Shown here one piece after another: positions 26,998 through 40,148 of a stretch of 64,000 bases of DNA. Under the pieces are notes generated by a model that ran no database searches, was not told the origin of the DNA, and was given only the letters and a program-made list of their open reading frames with translations. Source of the DNA: Octopus vulgaris (lineage: Eukaryota); the NCBI GenBank assembly GCA_951406725.2, contig OX597838.1, positions 38,440,001-38,504,000 on the forward strand, written 5' to 3'. Within the stretch, counting starts at the first letter, position 1. Every line of letters starts with the position of its first letter. The translations under genes and the position numbers were made by a program.

Positions 26998-27494
26998 CCC
27001 CACATCTGTCGCCACTTAATGTTTGAAAATCAAAATATTTGGTTAAGCTTTTAAAAATGAACCCTCTGAAAGATTCCCAGGGCATTTTTAACTTCTCATT
27101 CTATATTTCTACCCCTGTGGAATAAAATTAAATTTCCTTCCTTCAAACAACGCGCGCAAACAGGCCCGCACAAGAAACGCACATATATATATATGAGACG
27201 GGCTTCTTTCACTTTTCTCCTATGGAATTCAATCACAAAGCTTTGATGGGTCCGGGGCCATAGGTTCCACGCAGTGTGACTAAACCCGAAACAATATGGC
27301 TGGAAAGCAAACTTCTTCACACACAGCCATTCCTGCGCCGTTTGATGCAGCGCAAGAAGGCCAAGCGAGGCGGATGGAATGCGATTTCCCTTTTATGGGA
27401 AAAACCAGCTTTGGAAACACTGTTGCATTTAATATCCTGGATATTTGAATGCCTTTCGCCTTCTTTTATTTATATGTGCAGTTCTTACTCTCCT

Positions 27495-28190
27495 GGGAGA
27501 AGAAGGAAAAGGAGGAGGGGAGGAGGGAGGGGAGGAAGGAGGGGAGGGGAGAAAGATGATGAGAATGAGGAGGAAGGGGGGAGGAAGAAGAAGAGGAAGA
27601 GGATGAGAAAGGGAGGCGGTGTAGGACGAGGAAGAGGAGGGGGACGAGGAAGAGGAAGAGGAAGATGTGGAGGGCGAGGAAGGGGTGGATGACGAGGAAG
27701 AGGTGGAGGACGAGGAAGAGGTGGAGGACGAGGAGGCGGAAGAGGAGAAGGAGGAAGAGGAAGAGGAGAAGGAGGAGGAGGAAGGAGGAGGAGGAGGAGG
27801 AGGAGGAGGAGAAGAAGGAGGCGGAAGAGGAGGAGGAGGAGGAGGAGGAGGAAAAGGAAGAGGAGAAGAAGAAGAAGGAGAAGAAGAAGAAGAAGAAGAA
27901 GAAGAAGAAGAAGAAGATGAAGATGAAGAAGAAGAAGAACAACAACAACAAGGAGAATGTAAGAAGATATATTCGATGGCAACAAATTAAAGCTCACTCA
28001 ACAATGTCGAAATCCTGTCCCCAGCGAAATTTTCTATCAAACAAAGAACAAGAAAAAGAGACGAAAGAAAGAAACCGTGGGGGGAGGGAGGGAGGGAGAG
28101 AGAGAAGGAAAGAGAGAGAGAGAAGGAGAGAGAGAGAGATATACAGAGACAGAGAGAAAGAGAGGGAGAAAGAGGGAAAGAAGGAAACGT
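27495..28190. repeat. Purine-rich (GAG)n/(GAA)n/(GA)n tract
   Basis: Visible repeat; (GAAA)n at 29140-29310. Confidence 0.92.
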
Positions 28191-28675
28191 TACGACTGAG
28201 ATTTGGCTTCTGATTATATGGAAAGTAATTTTCTGAGCGCTATAATCAATGGAGATGGGTGTGCGTGCGTGCGTGCGTGTGTGCGTGTGTGTGTGTGTTT
28301 GTGCGTGTGTGTTTATGAGCGCATCGGCACCCGCATACGTAAGTATATGAAGAAACTGTCGCTTAAGCGTACGCACATGGTTACGCACTCGCGCACACGC
28401 ACTCGCATGTGTGTTCAATAGAATACAAACCTTTATAGAAGCGCATAGACACACGCACATCTCTGTGGGTATGCGGGTATGTATTCCTGCGTATATACAG
28501 GTATATTATATGCATATGTATGCTTACACACACACATACACACACACACACACACACACAAACGTGTGTATATATATAGAGAGATGTAGATTCTCATATG
28601 CATGCATATATATATATATATATTCTATATATATATATTTACATACACATATATACATATATATACATGCACACT

Positions 28676-28742
<67 letters not shown>

Positions 28743-29148
28743 GTACATATAGATACCTGTACATACATTTTCATATATATATATATGTGTGTGTGTGTGC
28801 GTGTGTGAGTTAGTGTTTGTGTGCGTCTTTATGTCTATGTGCAAGTATATGTATATGAATATATACATACATACATCCATACATCCATACATACACACAT
28901 ACATACATACATATATACATGCATACATACATCTATCCATACATATACATACATCCATACATACATACATATAAACATACATACATACATATAAGCATAG
29001 ATACATACATACACACAAACATACATACATACATACATACATACATACATACATACATACAAAGACAAATCCCTGTTACATAAGAAAAACGTGGAAGTCT
29101 TGAAACTCATAATGAAATTAGCAAAATGAAGCGACAAATGAAGAAGGA

Positions 29149-29184
<36 letters not shown>

Positions 29185-29185
29185 C

Positions 29186-29260
<75 letters not shown>

Positions 29261-29270
29261 CAAAAAGAAA

Positions 29271-29304
<34 letters not shown>

Positions 29305-29852
29305 AACGAAAAGATAGATATTTATATATTAGAGTGAGAGAGAGAGAGAGAGGGGGAGAGAGAGAGTGAAATAGAGAGAAAGGAGAAAAGCAGAAGCAAA
29401 GGAATAAAAACAAATGCATGGAAGAAGAGAAGATGGTTTAGAAGAAAAAAGAAGCCATGAAGACAAAAGAAGTAAAACAATAAAATAAAACAAAAACGGT
29501 TGAAAGGTAAAAGAAAAACTTATTAAAGATGGTGACAAGCATTTTATCACAACTGAATGTTTAGTGTAGCGGAAAATAGCATTTTATGTGTGGGATGTTT
29601 TCTCTGTATTGTTGTCGTTGTTGTTGCTGCAGCTTTCTCGTTTCATGTTAGTTCGTCCGACCCAGTGAAGACCCATCTTAGCTGTCCGATGGCGGCCATG
29701 CTTTGTGAGCGTACAGAAATTGTTAGTTCAGACCAGTCCGGGTACGGAGCCAGTCTCTCGCGGCGTGAACTGGATTTGCAGGCGGTTGAACCGTCAGATT
29801 TAGGGGATCTCACTTTCCAGAAACACCTTTACCCCTTTAATCAGTAAATTCA

Positions 29853-30261
29853 AAGGCGGCAAGCTGGCAGAAACGTTAGCACCCCGGGCGAAATGTTTAG
29901 CGGTATGTCCTCTGCCGCTACGTTCTGAGTTCAAATTTCGTCGAGGTTGACTTTACCTCTCATCATTTCGAGGTCGATAAATTAAGTACCAGTTACGCAC
30001 TGGGGTCGATATAATCGACTTAATCCGTTTGAAAGTCCTTGTTTGACCTCTCTGTTTAGCCCCTTGTGGGTAGTAAAGAAATAGGTATTTCTCCCGTCGC
30101 TTACGTTCTGAGTTCAAATTCCGCCGAGGTCGACTTTGCCTTTCATCCTTTCGGGGTCGATAAATTAAGGACCAGTGACGCACTGGAGTCGATGTAATCG
30201 ACTTAATACGTTTGTCCCCCCCTGTGTGTAGACCCTTGTGGGCAGTCAAGAAATAAAGAAA
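29853..30261 (+). mobile_element. SINE family B two-unit array with 14-bp TSD
   Basis: TSD TAATCAGTAAATTC at 29838-29851 and 30262-30275. Confidence 0.9.
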
Positions 30262-30349
30262 TAATCAGTAAATTCCAAGACCAAACCTTCACGGCTGTTG
30301 GACTGCTTCTTGAGGAACACTGATCTTCATACCATTAACCAGTTTACCT

Positions 30350-30737
30350 GCTTTTCCTTTAACTTGTTTCACTCGTTAGATTGCGGCCATCCTGGGGCAT
30401 CGCTTTCACGAATTTTCAGTTGAGTGTATCGATCCTATTACTTACTTTTTAAAGCCTGGTAATTATTCTCACTGTCTCTTTTGCAGAACCGCTAAGATAC
30501 GGGGACATAAACACACCAAGACCGGTTGTCAAGCGGTGCTGGAACACACACACACACACATATGTATATATAAATATATACGATACATTCTTTCAGTTTG
30601 CGTCTACCAACAAATCCACTCGTAAGGCTTTGGTCGGCCCGCGGCTATAGTAGAAAACACTTTCCTACGGTGCTACGCCGTGGAACTACACCCGGAACCA
30701 TATGGTTGGGAAGCAAACTTCTGAACGCCTGCGCCTG
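30350..30737 (-). mobile_element. SINE family A, diverged
   Basis: Homology to 189-603. Confidence 0.8.
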
Positions 30738-30879
30738 TAAATTCACGGAGAATATTCCAATGTTGGAAAGCCTCCTAATGTCTTTAGTTACCCACCTGTT
30801 ATCAACATACAAAAAAACATTGAGTACGCCAAAATGCCGACAAAAAAAGCTTTCAGAAATGCCAAGAGCACGAGAGCGT

Positions 30880-32154
30880 AAACATCGAACGTTACATAAA
30901 CTCGGGCTAATCACAGCTTTTCCTACTATCTTTATATATAAAAGTGAAGTTGTGTGAGTGTCTGTCTCCTACGATTTAGATTCCTAACTACTCCCACATT
31001 TTGCGGTGCAGTTTAACCAAAACCGGGTATCTTATAGTCGTGATTCATATCGAGCCCTTCTGGGTATTAGCGCGCGTCTACGATGAGTCTACGATTAAAA
31101 AAAAATTACGCATTTGTCTACGATGAGTCTACGATTAAAAAAAATTCACCATCCTTTTTTTCCATTTTAATGCATTTTTTCGCTATTATATAAGGGAAGT
31201 AACTCTCTAAAAATGTCTACGATGAGTCAACGATTAAAAAAAAAATTTACCATCATTTTTTTTCCATTTTTAATGCATTTTTTGCTATTTTTTGGCTATA
31301 ACTCTCTAAAAATGCTTATATAGTTATTTCCCTTACAAACCCGAGCAACGCCGGGCGATACTGCTAGCTCTGTATAAAGCGTGTTGAAACACTGAAACTG
31401 ACTGTTTCAAATACTCAAGCAGAAAGTTTCCAGCTTTGTCTTGTGAGAAAATTAACTTTTGATGTGTTTGACGAGCTGTAGATTCGGTAGATATTTCCAG
31501 AATGGGATTATGGAGAACATGTCTGGCATGGAAGACGAAGCACGGAATGCTTTTGCTGCAGTTGTATCTGACTTTCTGGGAAGCAGGAAGTCGCAAATTA
31601 TGAAGATCTTGTGCAGCCCCTGTTAACCAGTTTTCCGGCACAGGGCTGCGACATAAGTGTAAAAGTGCATTTTCTGCACAATCATCTGAAGTACTTCCCA
31701 GAAAATCATAATGCAATAAGTGATGAGCAAGGAGAAAGATTCCACCGAGACATCGACACCATAGAGACGAGGTATCAAGGCAGGTGGTACACAAACAAGA
31801 TGGCTGACTACTGCTGGTCTCTGTAAAGAGACTGCCATGATGCAAGTTATTCGTGCAAAGTAGCAAAGAGGAAGTCCACTCCTGATGTAGATGAAACTCT
31901 AGTTTGATGTGCAATTAAATATTTCGTGCAATGTATTTCTCAAATAATAAAAAATACTGTTTGTTTTGTGTTGTTTTTCATTTCAGTTTTGCATCTAATG
32001 GTAAAATTGACATCATTTGGTAAAAAATGAATTCCTGTTTAAAAATTCTTGCCGTGATAAAAGATTTCTGATGGCATTTCTGAACTCCAAATTAAGTAGG
32101 ACTAAGCGTAAAAAGCAAGAGAACTGAAAAAAAATCCGTAAATGTTCCTCAATG
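30880..32154 (+). mobile_element. Chapaev3-like DNA transposon remnant interrupted by a Helitron
   Basis: TLHKLGL, CFKY...KFPALS.EK, GCDISVKVHFLHNHL.YFPEN..AISDEQGERFH.DI...RYQG.W....MADYCW; 3' end TGTTCCTCAATG. The superfamily name is from recall of these motifs. Confidence 0.7.
30929..31367 (+). mobile_element. Non-autonomous Helitron
   Basis: 5' TC, 3' hairpin CCCG-agcaacgc-CGGG then CTAG; copies at 41935-42337 and 49218-49615. Confidence 0.92.
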
Positions 32155-32164
32155 TTGATAAAAT

Positions 32165-32769
32165 AATCCTTTCCACTATAGGCAAAATGCCTGAAATTTG
32201 GTGGAGGGGAATAATCGATTACATCGACCCCAGTTTTCCATTGGTACTTAATTTATCGACCCCCGAAAGTACGAAAGGCAAAGTCGACCAAATTTGAACT
32301 CAGAACGTCAGGGCGGACGAAATGCCGCTAAGCATTTCGCCCAGCATGCTAACGATTCTTTACTGCCCATAAGGGGCTACACACAGAGGGGAGAAACAAA
32401 GACAGACGAACGGATTAAGTCGATTATATCGACCCCAGTGCTTAACTGGTACTTATTTAATCGACCCCGAAAGGGTGAAAGGCAAAGTCGACCTCGGCGG
32501 AATTTGAACTCAGAACGTAACGGCAGACGAAATACCTGTTTCTTTACTAACCGCAAGGGGCTACACACAGAGGGGAGAAACAAAGACAGACGAACGGATT
32601 AAGTCGATTATATCGACCCCAGTGCGTAACTGGTACTTATTTCATCGACCCCGAAAGGATGAAAGGCAAAGTCAACCTCGGTGGAATTTGAACTCAGAAC
32701 GTAGCGGCAGACGAAATACCGCTCAGCATTTCGCCCGGCATGCTAACGTTTCTGCCAGCTGGCCGCCTT
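32165..32769 (-). mobile_element. SINE family B three-unit array
   Basis: Two units with the common tail, followed by a diverged unit with the alternative tail. Confidence 0.9.
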
Positions 32770-33470
32770 GGTTTTAATAAAATAATAAAAGCAAGTGACC
32801 AGCTATATTACATACTGATGAACAATACATTTGTGCTTATTCAGAGAATCAGCTGTAGAAAAAGAACTTGATGCGATAACTGATTCTAGTTTTGAAATCA
32901 GCCAATTTTAGTCTAAATCAAGTGAAAAAGCAAACTCAACAGGAATTATGTTCAAAATTGTTCCCCTGTGAAACGATTCAAAATGAACGCAGTAATGTTC
33001 AATAGAACGGAAAATCTATTTGGCAGCAACACTGCATTCCAACCTACACGACAACGGCTATTAGGTTTGCGCATGCGTGTGCGTATTTTTTCTTTTTACC
33101 TGTTTCAGTCATTTGACTGCGGCCATGCTGGAGCACCGCCTTTAGTCGATCAAATCGACCCCGGGACTTATTCTTTGTAAGCCCAGTACTTATTCTGTCG
33201 GTCTCTTTTTGCCGAACCGCTAAGTGACGGGGACGTAAACACACCAGCATCGGTTGTCAAGCAATGCTATGGGGACAAACACAGACACACAAACACTCTC
33301 ATACATATATATACATATATACATATATACGACAGGCTTCTTTCAGTTTCCGTCAACCAAATCCACTCACAAGGCATTGGTCGGCCCGGGGCTATAGCAG
33401 AAGACACTTGCCCAAGAGGCCACGCAGTGGGACTGAACCCGGAACCATGTGGTTGGTTAGCAAGCTACTT

Positions 33471-35735
33471 TATTTCAAAACATTTGCCATAAAGGCAGTA
33501 CACAGATTAAGTTAGCTTTGCGGGCTGGACGAGGACATTAATGAAGTGAATGATAATGAAAGACAGATGATAAGGATGGGAGAAGACAAAAAGCGCCCGC
33601 CGACTTTCGCTTCTCTAAAACATTGTTCTTTTTAAAGATAAACACAAAACGAGGTATTAAACCTCTTACAATTTTTCCAATTTTTGGACTTAGCAGTCCA
33701 TTATTAATAAAAATACAAAACGAGGTATTAAACCTCTTACAATTTTTCAATTTTTGGACTTAGCAGTCCATTATTAATACTAACAGTTCAATAATTACAT
33801 ATCGTCCTCGAAATAGCTTGTGCCCGCGCCCTCCACCATCAACCACGCCTCCCTCAGAACGTAATCAAGTTCCGAGTTCGCGTCGCCCGGGACCAAGCTA
33901 TAATCTTCATTGAGCTCCTTTAGCCCAAGCGTTACGTCGAACGCCACGGCCTCCACAGCTATCTGCGGAGGCCATTCGGGGTCCTGTGTGAAGGCTAAAG
34001 GTGCTCCCTTGTGGTGCTCTTCCATCATTTTTTTTTTCAATTTCTCCTCCTCTATAGAAGAGGACCAATACGTTCAGTTCTTTCGTTGGCGGCACAGTTC
34101 CCGCCAACGGTATTCCTTCTCTTGTCGGTGGCACAACCCCAACCGACGTAGTTCCGGGACATTCCGGTGCTACACTGACAGCCGGTAATGTCCCGTTTTT
34201 CTTCCTCTTTTTCTTTTTTTTCCCTTTTCAACTGAGGGAGGGTGCGTCTCCTCCGTGGCTGGAAGATTCGCCTTCCTCTCCTCATCCCTATTATCCTTTG
34301 GTGAGCACCCATTGTTGCTCACCTTCCTCTTTCGGCCTCTGTTTGAGGAGTCCTCTGCTTTCTCGGCCGTTATCGTTCCCTCTTCTAGAGGGGTTTTACT
34401 TAACTGTTCCGGGATCCTATTTTGTTCCCGAGGACAGTTCTTCTTTATGTGGCCGGACTCCAAGCACCGATGACACTTAGGGGGGCGACCCTCAAGCATC
34501 ACCGGGTACCTGCACCCGGCCATTTTCAAAAAATCTGGAAGAACCAGATTGGCTGATTGGGTCCACAGGGTCAAAATTGCTTTTGACCCAACCCAAGCAG
34601 CCGCAGGAAGAACTTTTACATTAAGGAGCTTAGTTTCGCTGCCACCCAGACCCCGGCGGATAGTCTCCTCTATCCACTCGGGTTCTATGTCGGGTGGCAG
34701 CCCGCAAATCCAAGCTTTCATCAATTTCTTTTTTTTGTACGTGGGCAGGAATAAGATTTCCTTACCCTCCAGGGGTTTGCTAGCAAATTTGCAAGCCTCT
34801 TCAGGGGTGTCAAATAGCAACCACACCGTTGCATATTTGACACCCCTGGAAATGAATTTAATTGTTGGCAAATACTCTTCCAACTCCTTTTCAATTGCCG
34901 TCTTTTCGAATAGGGCGATGGTGTCGAGTGCCTTGGAGTAGGTTCTCAACACCACCGTCCTATCTTCACGGTCTTTTAACCACTTTTTAGGTGGTATGAT
35001 CTCCCATTCCAAAAGTTTGTTATTTTTCATTGCCATGTTTTTTTTTAAATATATTCAAATTAAACTCAAAAGCAGGAAGAAAAAAGTTCAAAAGTCCAAA
35101 TAAAATTTGATAGATTTTTGAAAAAACAAAAAGGAGAAAGCACAACAGAAGGGAAGAAATCAACGGAAAGTCGCAATAAAGAAAAAAAAAACAAAAGGGG
35201 GGGTTAAATGAAGTTCAAAAGAAAGTTAATAAACAGAAAAAACACAGCAAAAATATTCTGGCCTTGCGGTACTCCCGGCCTGGGTTGAACCTGGAACGCC
35301 GCAACTGCAACACAACCTCCACAAAAATGGGTCCGAAAGGTAATCCAATAGTGGCTTATTTTTATAATTTTCTTGCGAAGTACTCTGACAAGGGAATAAA
35401 TTCAACAAACCCAAACACAGCACTGGCTACCGCCAACGGTAATTTTAACAGTAACTGTATTGAATTCCGAGGATACGCCCCTCCACTGTTTTTTCTTTTT
35501 TTTTCAATGAACACAAAAACGGCAGCCGCCGAGAGCAGGCGAAATTGTCTCAGAGTTGGACACAACTTACTGAAATAATAATTGGCACGCAATAAATTAT
35601 GCCCAACTCACAATAAACAAAATCACTTACCTCGACAACTTTCCGTTTTTGGTCTTTTTTCTTTAATTGGACGGAGCTGGTTGACTCGCGTCCACTCTGG
35701 CTGAACAGGAAGCAACTGACTAACTGCGCATGCGT
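33471..35735 (-). mobile_element. ORF1-only non-LTR retroelement (HAL1-like, L1/Tx1-type)
   Basis: Perfect 15-bp TSD GTTAGCAAGCTACTT (33456-33470, 35736-35750); ~700-bp 5' UTR, one gag-like ORF, ~325-bp 3' UTR; no EN/RT motifs. Confidence 0.85.
33795..35036 (-). CDS. Gag/ORF1p-like nucleic-acid-binding protein with CCHC zinc knuckle (288 aa open; ~413 aa if two compensating homopolymer frameshifts are corrected)
   Basis: CHRCLESGHIKKNC (CX2CX4HX4C) preceded by RRM-like WICGLPPDI; the 33795-34040 ORF is in the same frame, bridged by an open alternative frame between the A-runs at ~34215 and ~34030. Confidence 0.8.
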
Positions 35736-36236
35736 GTTAGCAAGCTACTTACCACACAGCCACTCCTGCGCCTATATGTGTGTTTTTTATGCACACTTGA
35801 ACGTACGTGGCTTATTGATTAGGGCATTCAGTTCCCGATATTAAGGTCGTGAGTTCAATTCCTGGCAGCACGTTTTGTCCTTGAGAAAGACATAATTTTT
35901 CGCGGTGCTATAGTTCACTTCTGCATTCCAAAAAGCCAGCCTTGTCACTTGGTGGGTCATACTGAACCTCCCTGAGAACAACGTAAAGAGTGCGCGTAAC
36001 TGCGGAGTACTCAACAACTTGCACGTAAACTCCCTGAGTTTCGTTAGTCGTATCAACTGGAACCTTCTTTGGTGTGCCAGAGTGCCAGAGTGCCAGAGTG
36101 CCAATTATATATACATTCATACACACGAAAAATATTAACTGAAGGCCCACTTACTATGTCTAAGCAGAGTATATGGTTTCTAATACCTTGGGAGTGTCAT
36201 TATACCAATAATCAACACACACCGGTTCGTTTTTAC

Positions 36237-36324
<88 letters not shown>

Positions 36325-36489
36325 GCCGATTGGTGAAGGCGGTGATCTGGTTGAATCGACGGGAGCCACACAAAACTAAATTTTTACTTAAAAGGGAATC
36401 GAAACCGCAATCTTACGATCATGAGTGCCACGCTCTAACCTCTAACTCATGCGTCTCCATGATTTGTGCGCGCGCGCGTGTATGCTTGT

Positions 36490-36611
<122 letters not shown>

Positions 36612-36689
36612 GATCATATGTTTGCTTGTATTAGATGTCAATGACCGATGTTGCTCTTTGTGATTTGTAGAAAAAGACAGAAACTTATA

Positions 36690-37230
36690 AAATATCAATC
36701 GAAGCTTATATAATGACTACGTTGAATGTTCTAAATTGTTTGTCGTCCTTTGTCAGCATACAGAATAATAATGAAAACCTTTAAATCGTCTGTTTCAATA
36801 ACTGCTCTGATATTACATACATAGGTATTGTATTGGTGCAAGCTATTTTATATGGCTTTCAATATCTTGGCATTTAATTTTGTATGGAACAACCGATTCT
36901 GAAGCTCATCTTCTGTTGTCATAGAAACATGTTTGCATAAACTTTAGATTGTCGTCAGTTGGAAGTTTTAATCTGATAGTGTGACAAACTTATCACTGCA
37001 CTTTGTATGTGGGGATAAATCCTGCAGCTCTGATTCTTCTGCAACCCAGAGAAACCAAAGCCACCGATTGTTATAGGATCGTATATTTTTCAGGAACCAG
37101 CTAGATGCATTTCAGAAGTTGAGAATTTTTTAGGAGAGGCAGTTATAACTCTAGGTTTTTAGGACATTATTTCTATACATTTAATGAATTCATATGACAA
37201 TGCGCTGGCATTAGTTTCACTGAGTTACAG
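36690..37230 (-). pseudogene. Helitron RepHel N-terminal remnant
   Basis: FLKNIRSYN and GFIPTYKVQ**VCH...LPTDDNLKFMQ resemble the Helitron NIRxYN / PTFKVQGQVYH / PKFxQ motifs. Confidence 0.65.
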
Positions 37231-37479
37231 AAGAATCAGAACCCCAGAATTTAGCCCGATGCTCAACGTACACGGGTAAGTTTGTTACAGCATCGTATTA
37301 CAACTTCCAACCTATATCTACGACAATAGAAAATGAGTTTCAGAATAGGCTGCGCCGTAGAAAATTAAATGCCGAGATATTGAAACCAATCAACTTTATG
37401 GTTCTAAATTGAAGGAGAGGGCTGTGCCAGCACTTTGAACACACCCAGCTAAAAATTGCTTGTCTCAGCTGACTATTTT

Positions 37480-38410
37480 TCTGAATGTACTCAGAATGTG
37501 AAGACAATTCAGAAGATAGCAGTACAATGAAGTTTTGTAGTAATCTGGGGGGAAATGCGCAGAAACTTATAAAACGCCCCAGATCGCTTATAAATTATCT
37601 TGTATGAGCCGTGCATCTGTTATTCGCAGGCACAAGAGGTTTAATGATAATAGAGAGATGAGAGATGATGAGAGGTGTTGGGTAGGGAGGGATGGTAAAA
37701 CATTAGAACTGGTCGACAAAATTCGCAATTTTCTGGAGGAAGACCGTTGTGTCTCCATAAAAGCAATACGCACACAGTTTGGAGTTGGTGTGGCAATCGT
37801 ACACATAATTTATTTATGAAGAGCTCAACATACACAAAATTTGTGCAAAGTTTCTAGGAGTGGCTATAGGCGCAGGAGTGGCTGTGTGGTAAGTAGGTTG
37901 CTTACCAACCACATGTTTCCGGGTTCAGTTCCACTGCGTGGCATCTCGGGCAAGTGTCTTCTGCTATAGCCCCGGGCTGACCAAAGACTTGTGAGTGGAT
38001 TTGGTAGACGGAAACTGAAAGAAGCCTGACGTATATATGTATATATATATAAGTGTGTGTGTTTGTGTGTCTGTGTTTGTCCCCCTAGCATTGCTTGACA
38101 ACCGATGCTGGTGTGTTTACGTCCCCGTCACTTAGCGGTTCGGCAAAAGAGACCGATAGAATAAGTACTGGGCTTACAAAGAATAAGTCCCGGTGTCGAT
38201 TTGCTCGACTAAAGGCGGTGCTCCAGCATGGCCGCAGTCAAATGACTGAAACAAGTAAACAATGACAAACGGAAGGGAAGTTACGTTTCAGACAGCAGAA
38301 GAATGGTTGAGCTCATTACCTCTAATCCAAGAGTATTCCAACAATTGGTGAACAGAAACGAAAGCTGAATCTAATGTTATGATCCACTGACCAAGAGACA
38401 TAGTGCCAAA
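37480..38410 (+). mobile_element. mariner 5' remnant interrupted by a SINE
   Basis: HTH region MSRASV...HKRF...RDDER...EEDR, and after the SINE NES*I*CYDPLTKRHS. Confidence 0.75.
37868..38258 (+). mobile_element. SINE family A
   Basis: A/B boxes; homology to other copies. Confidence 0.92.
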
Positions 38411-38413
38411 TCG

Positions 38414-38748
38414 GAGACCCCCTTCGGTCACGAATGACTATAGGATTGCACCTAGAAAGTTCCCCTCCGAGACACAAGTACGGACAAGTTTGTTTATGGA
38501 AGACCAGCAGTCACCCATGCATACCAGCCTCCCCTCTCTACGCCACCAGTGTTATTCAAGGGAATGGCAAAGGCCGATACAGCTTGGCACCTGTGACGTC
38601 GCAACTCATTTCTACAGCTGAGAGATCTGGAGCGACGTGAAATAAAGTGTCTTGCTCAAGAACACAACACGCAGCTCGGTCCAGGATTCGAACTTACAAC
38701 CTCACGGTCGTAAGTTCGACGCCCTAACCACTGAGCCATGCGCCATCA
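38414..38748 (-). mobile_element. SINE family C
   Basis: Homology to 3057-3393. Confidence 0.88.
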
Positions 38749-38749
38749 A

Positions 38750-39496
38750 TAGCGCCAAATAGAGGTAACCTAATTCCCCCAGTGCCAAAAAGGCCAGGTA
38801 AAGAAAGTCCACCGGAAAGTTCATGATGGTCCCCTTTTTCAATAGCTGGGTCATGATTGAAAGCCATCGGGTTCCCTTTGGCCAGGTGGTCAATAAGGAG
38901 TACTTTGAGAAGGTTTGAGGGAAATTGGGAAGAGATTTCGTTGCAAAAGGCCTAGGTTCTTCTACTTGGGTCGGTGGCACCTACACCAGGACAAAACGCC
39001 AGTCCACATTTCCATTCTGGTAAACTCCTCCTAGATAGAGATGGGCATCAAAACGATTCCTCACTTTCCCTACTATCCAAACTTTGTCCCCTTTGATTTT
39101 TAGTTGTCCCCCCAATCTGAAGTAGAACCTCAGAAGTAGTTGTTTTGAAGACATTTAGAAGATTGAGTCTGTAACAAGAGTCTTGGACTCCTTCACATCG
39201 GCGGACTCCCATAGGGCCTTCACGAGTTCATTGAAGTCAGAGGACCCTACTTTTGAGGAGATTAGAGTTTTGTACATCTTTGAAATTAATAATAGTCTTT
39301 CCCGAAAATATCTCAAAATTTCTGGAATACACCTGCTATTTTCTCTATGAGCAACATCAAAGAACCTAAGAATATTTGCTGGAAGAAGGTAGAGTTTGTC
39401 AGGTTTTAGATCTAACTCAATGAGATTTCGATTCATCAGCCTATCTGCATGTTTTGCCGTGTTATCTCTTAGCAAACATTGAAGAAAATAAAACAA
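38750..39496 (-). pseudogene. Unidentified decayed coding sequence (~250 codons, two in-frame stops)
   Basis: Track ORFs 39155-39496 and 38702-38980 share one frame and the 57 codons between them are open. Confidence 0.55.
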
Positions 39497-39580
39497 AACG
39501 GGGAAGATTATTTACACGATATTCAGTTACAGCATCTTACGCATGTTTCGTTTATAAAACATGATGAGCGTTAGTTACAT

Positions 39581-39751
39581 AGGCACAGGAATGGCTGTGT
39601 AGTAAGTAGCTTGCTTACCAACTACATGGTTCCGAGTTCAGTTCCACTGCGTGGCACCTTGGCCTAGTGTCTTCTACTATAGCTTCGTTCCGACCAAAGC
39701 CTAGTGAGTAGATTTGCTAGACGGAAACTAAAAGAAGCCCGTCGTATTATG

Positions 39752-39809
<58 letters not shown>

Positions 39810-40020
39810 TATGTCTGTGTTTGTCCCCCCCCAACATTCGCTTGCCAACCGATGCTGGTGTTTTTACGTCTCCGTAACCTAGCGGTTCGGCAAAAGAGAC
39901 CGATAGAATAAGTACTAGTCTTACAAATAATAATTCCTGGGGTCAGTTTGCTCGACTAAAGGCGGTGCTCCAGCATGGCCGCAGTCAAATGACTGAAACA
40001 AGTGGACGAGTAAAAGAGTA
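39581..40020 (+). mobile_element. SINE family A
   Basis: Homology; GAGTAAAAGAGTA tail. Confidence 0.9.
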
Positions 40021-40148
40021 CATAACGTAACTAACGGATCATTTAATCTCAATAAAACGTAAAGACGTTGTAACTAAACATGTGTATCTTCATTTCTGTT
40101 TTCGACCTACCTCACCTAGAATCATGAATGTTAAGTAATGCGAATATA

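Larger units (their letters stand above)
33090..35773 (-). mobile_element. SINE family A split by a 2.27-kb insertion
   Basis: The SINE stops at 33470 and resumes at 35736-35773. Confidence 0.92.

Noticed and set aside
27485-28213. Acidic/basic low-complexity protein
   Set aside because: Purine-rich simple repeats with no splice or coding evidence
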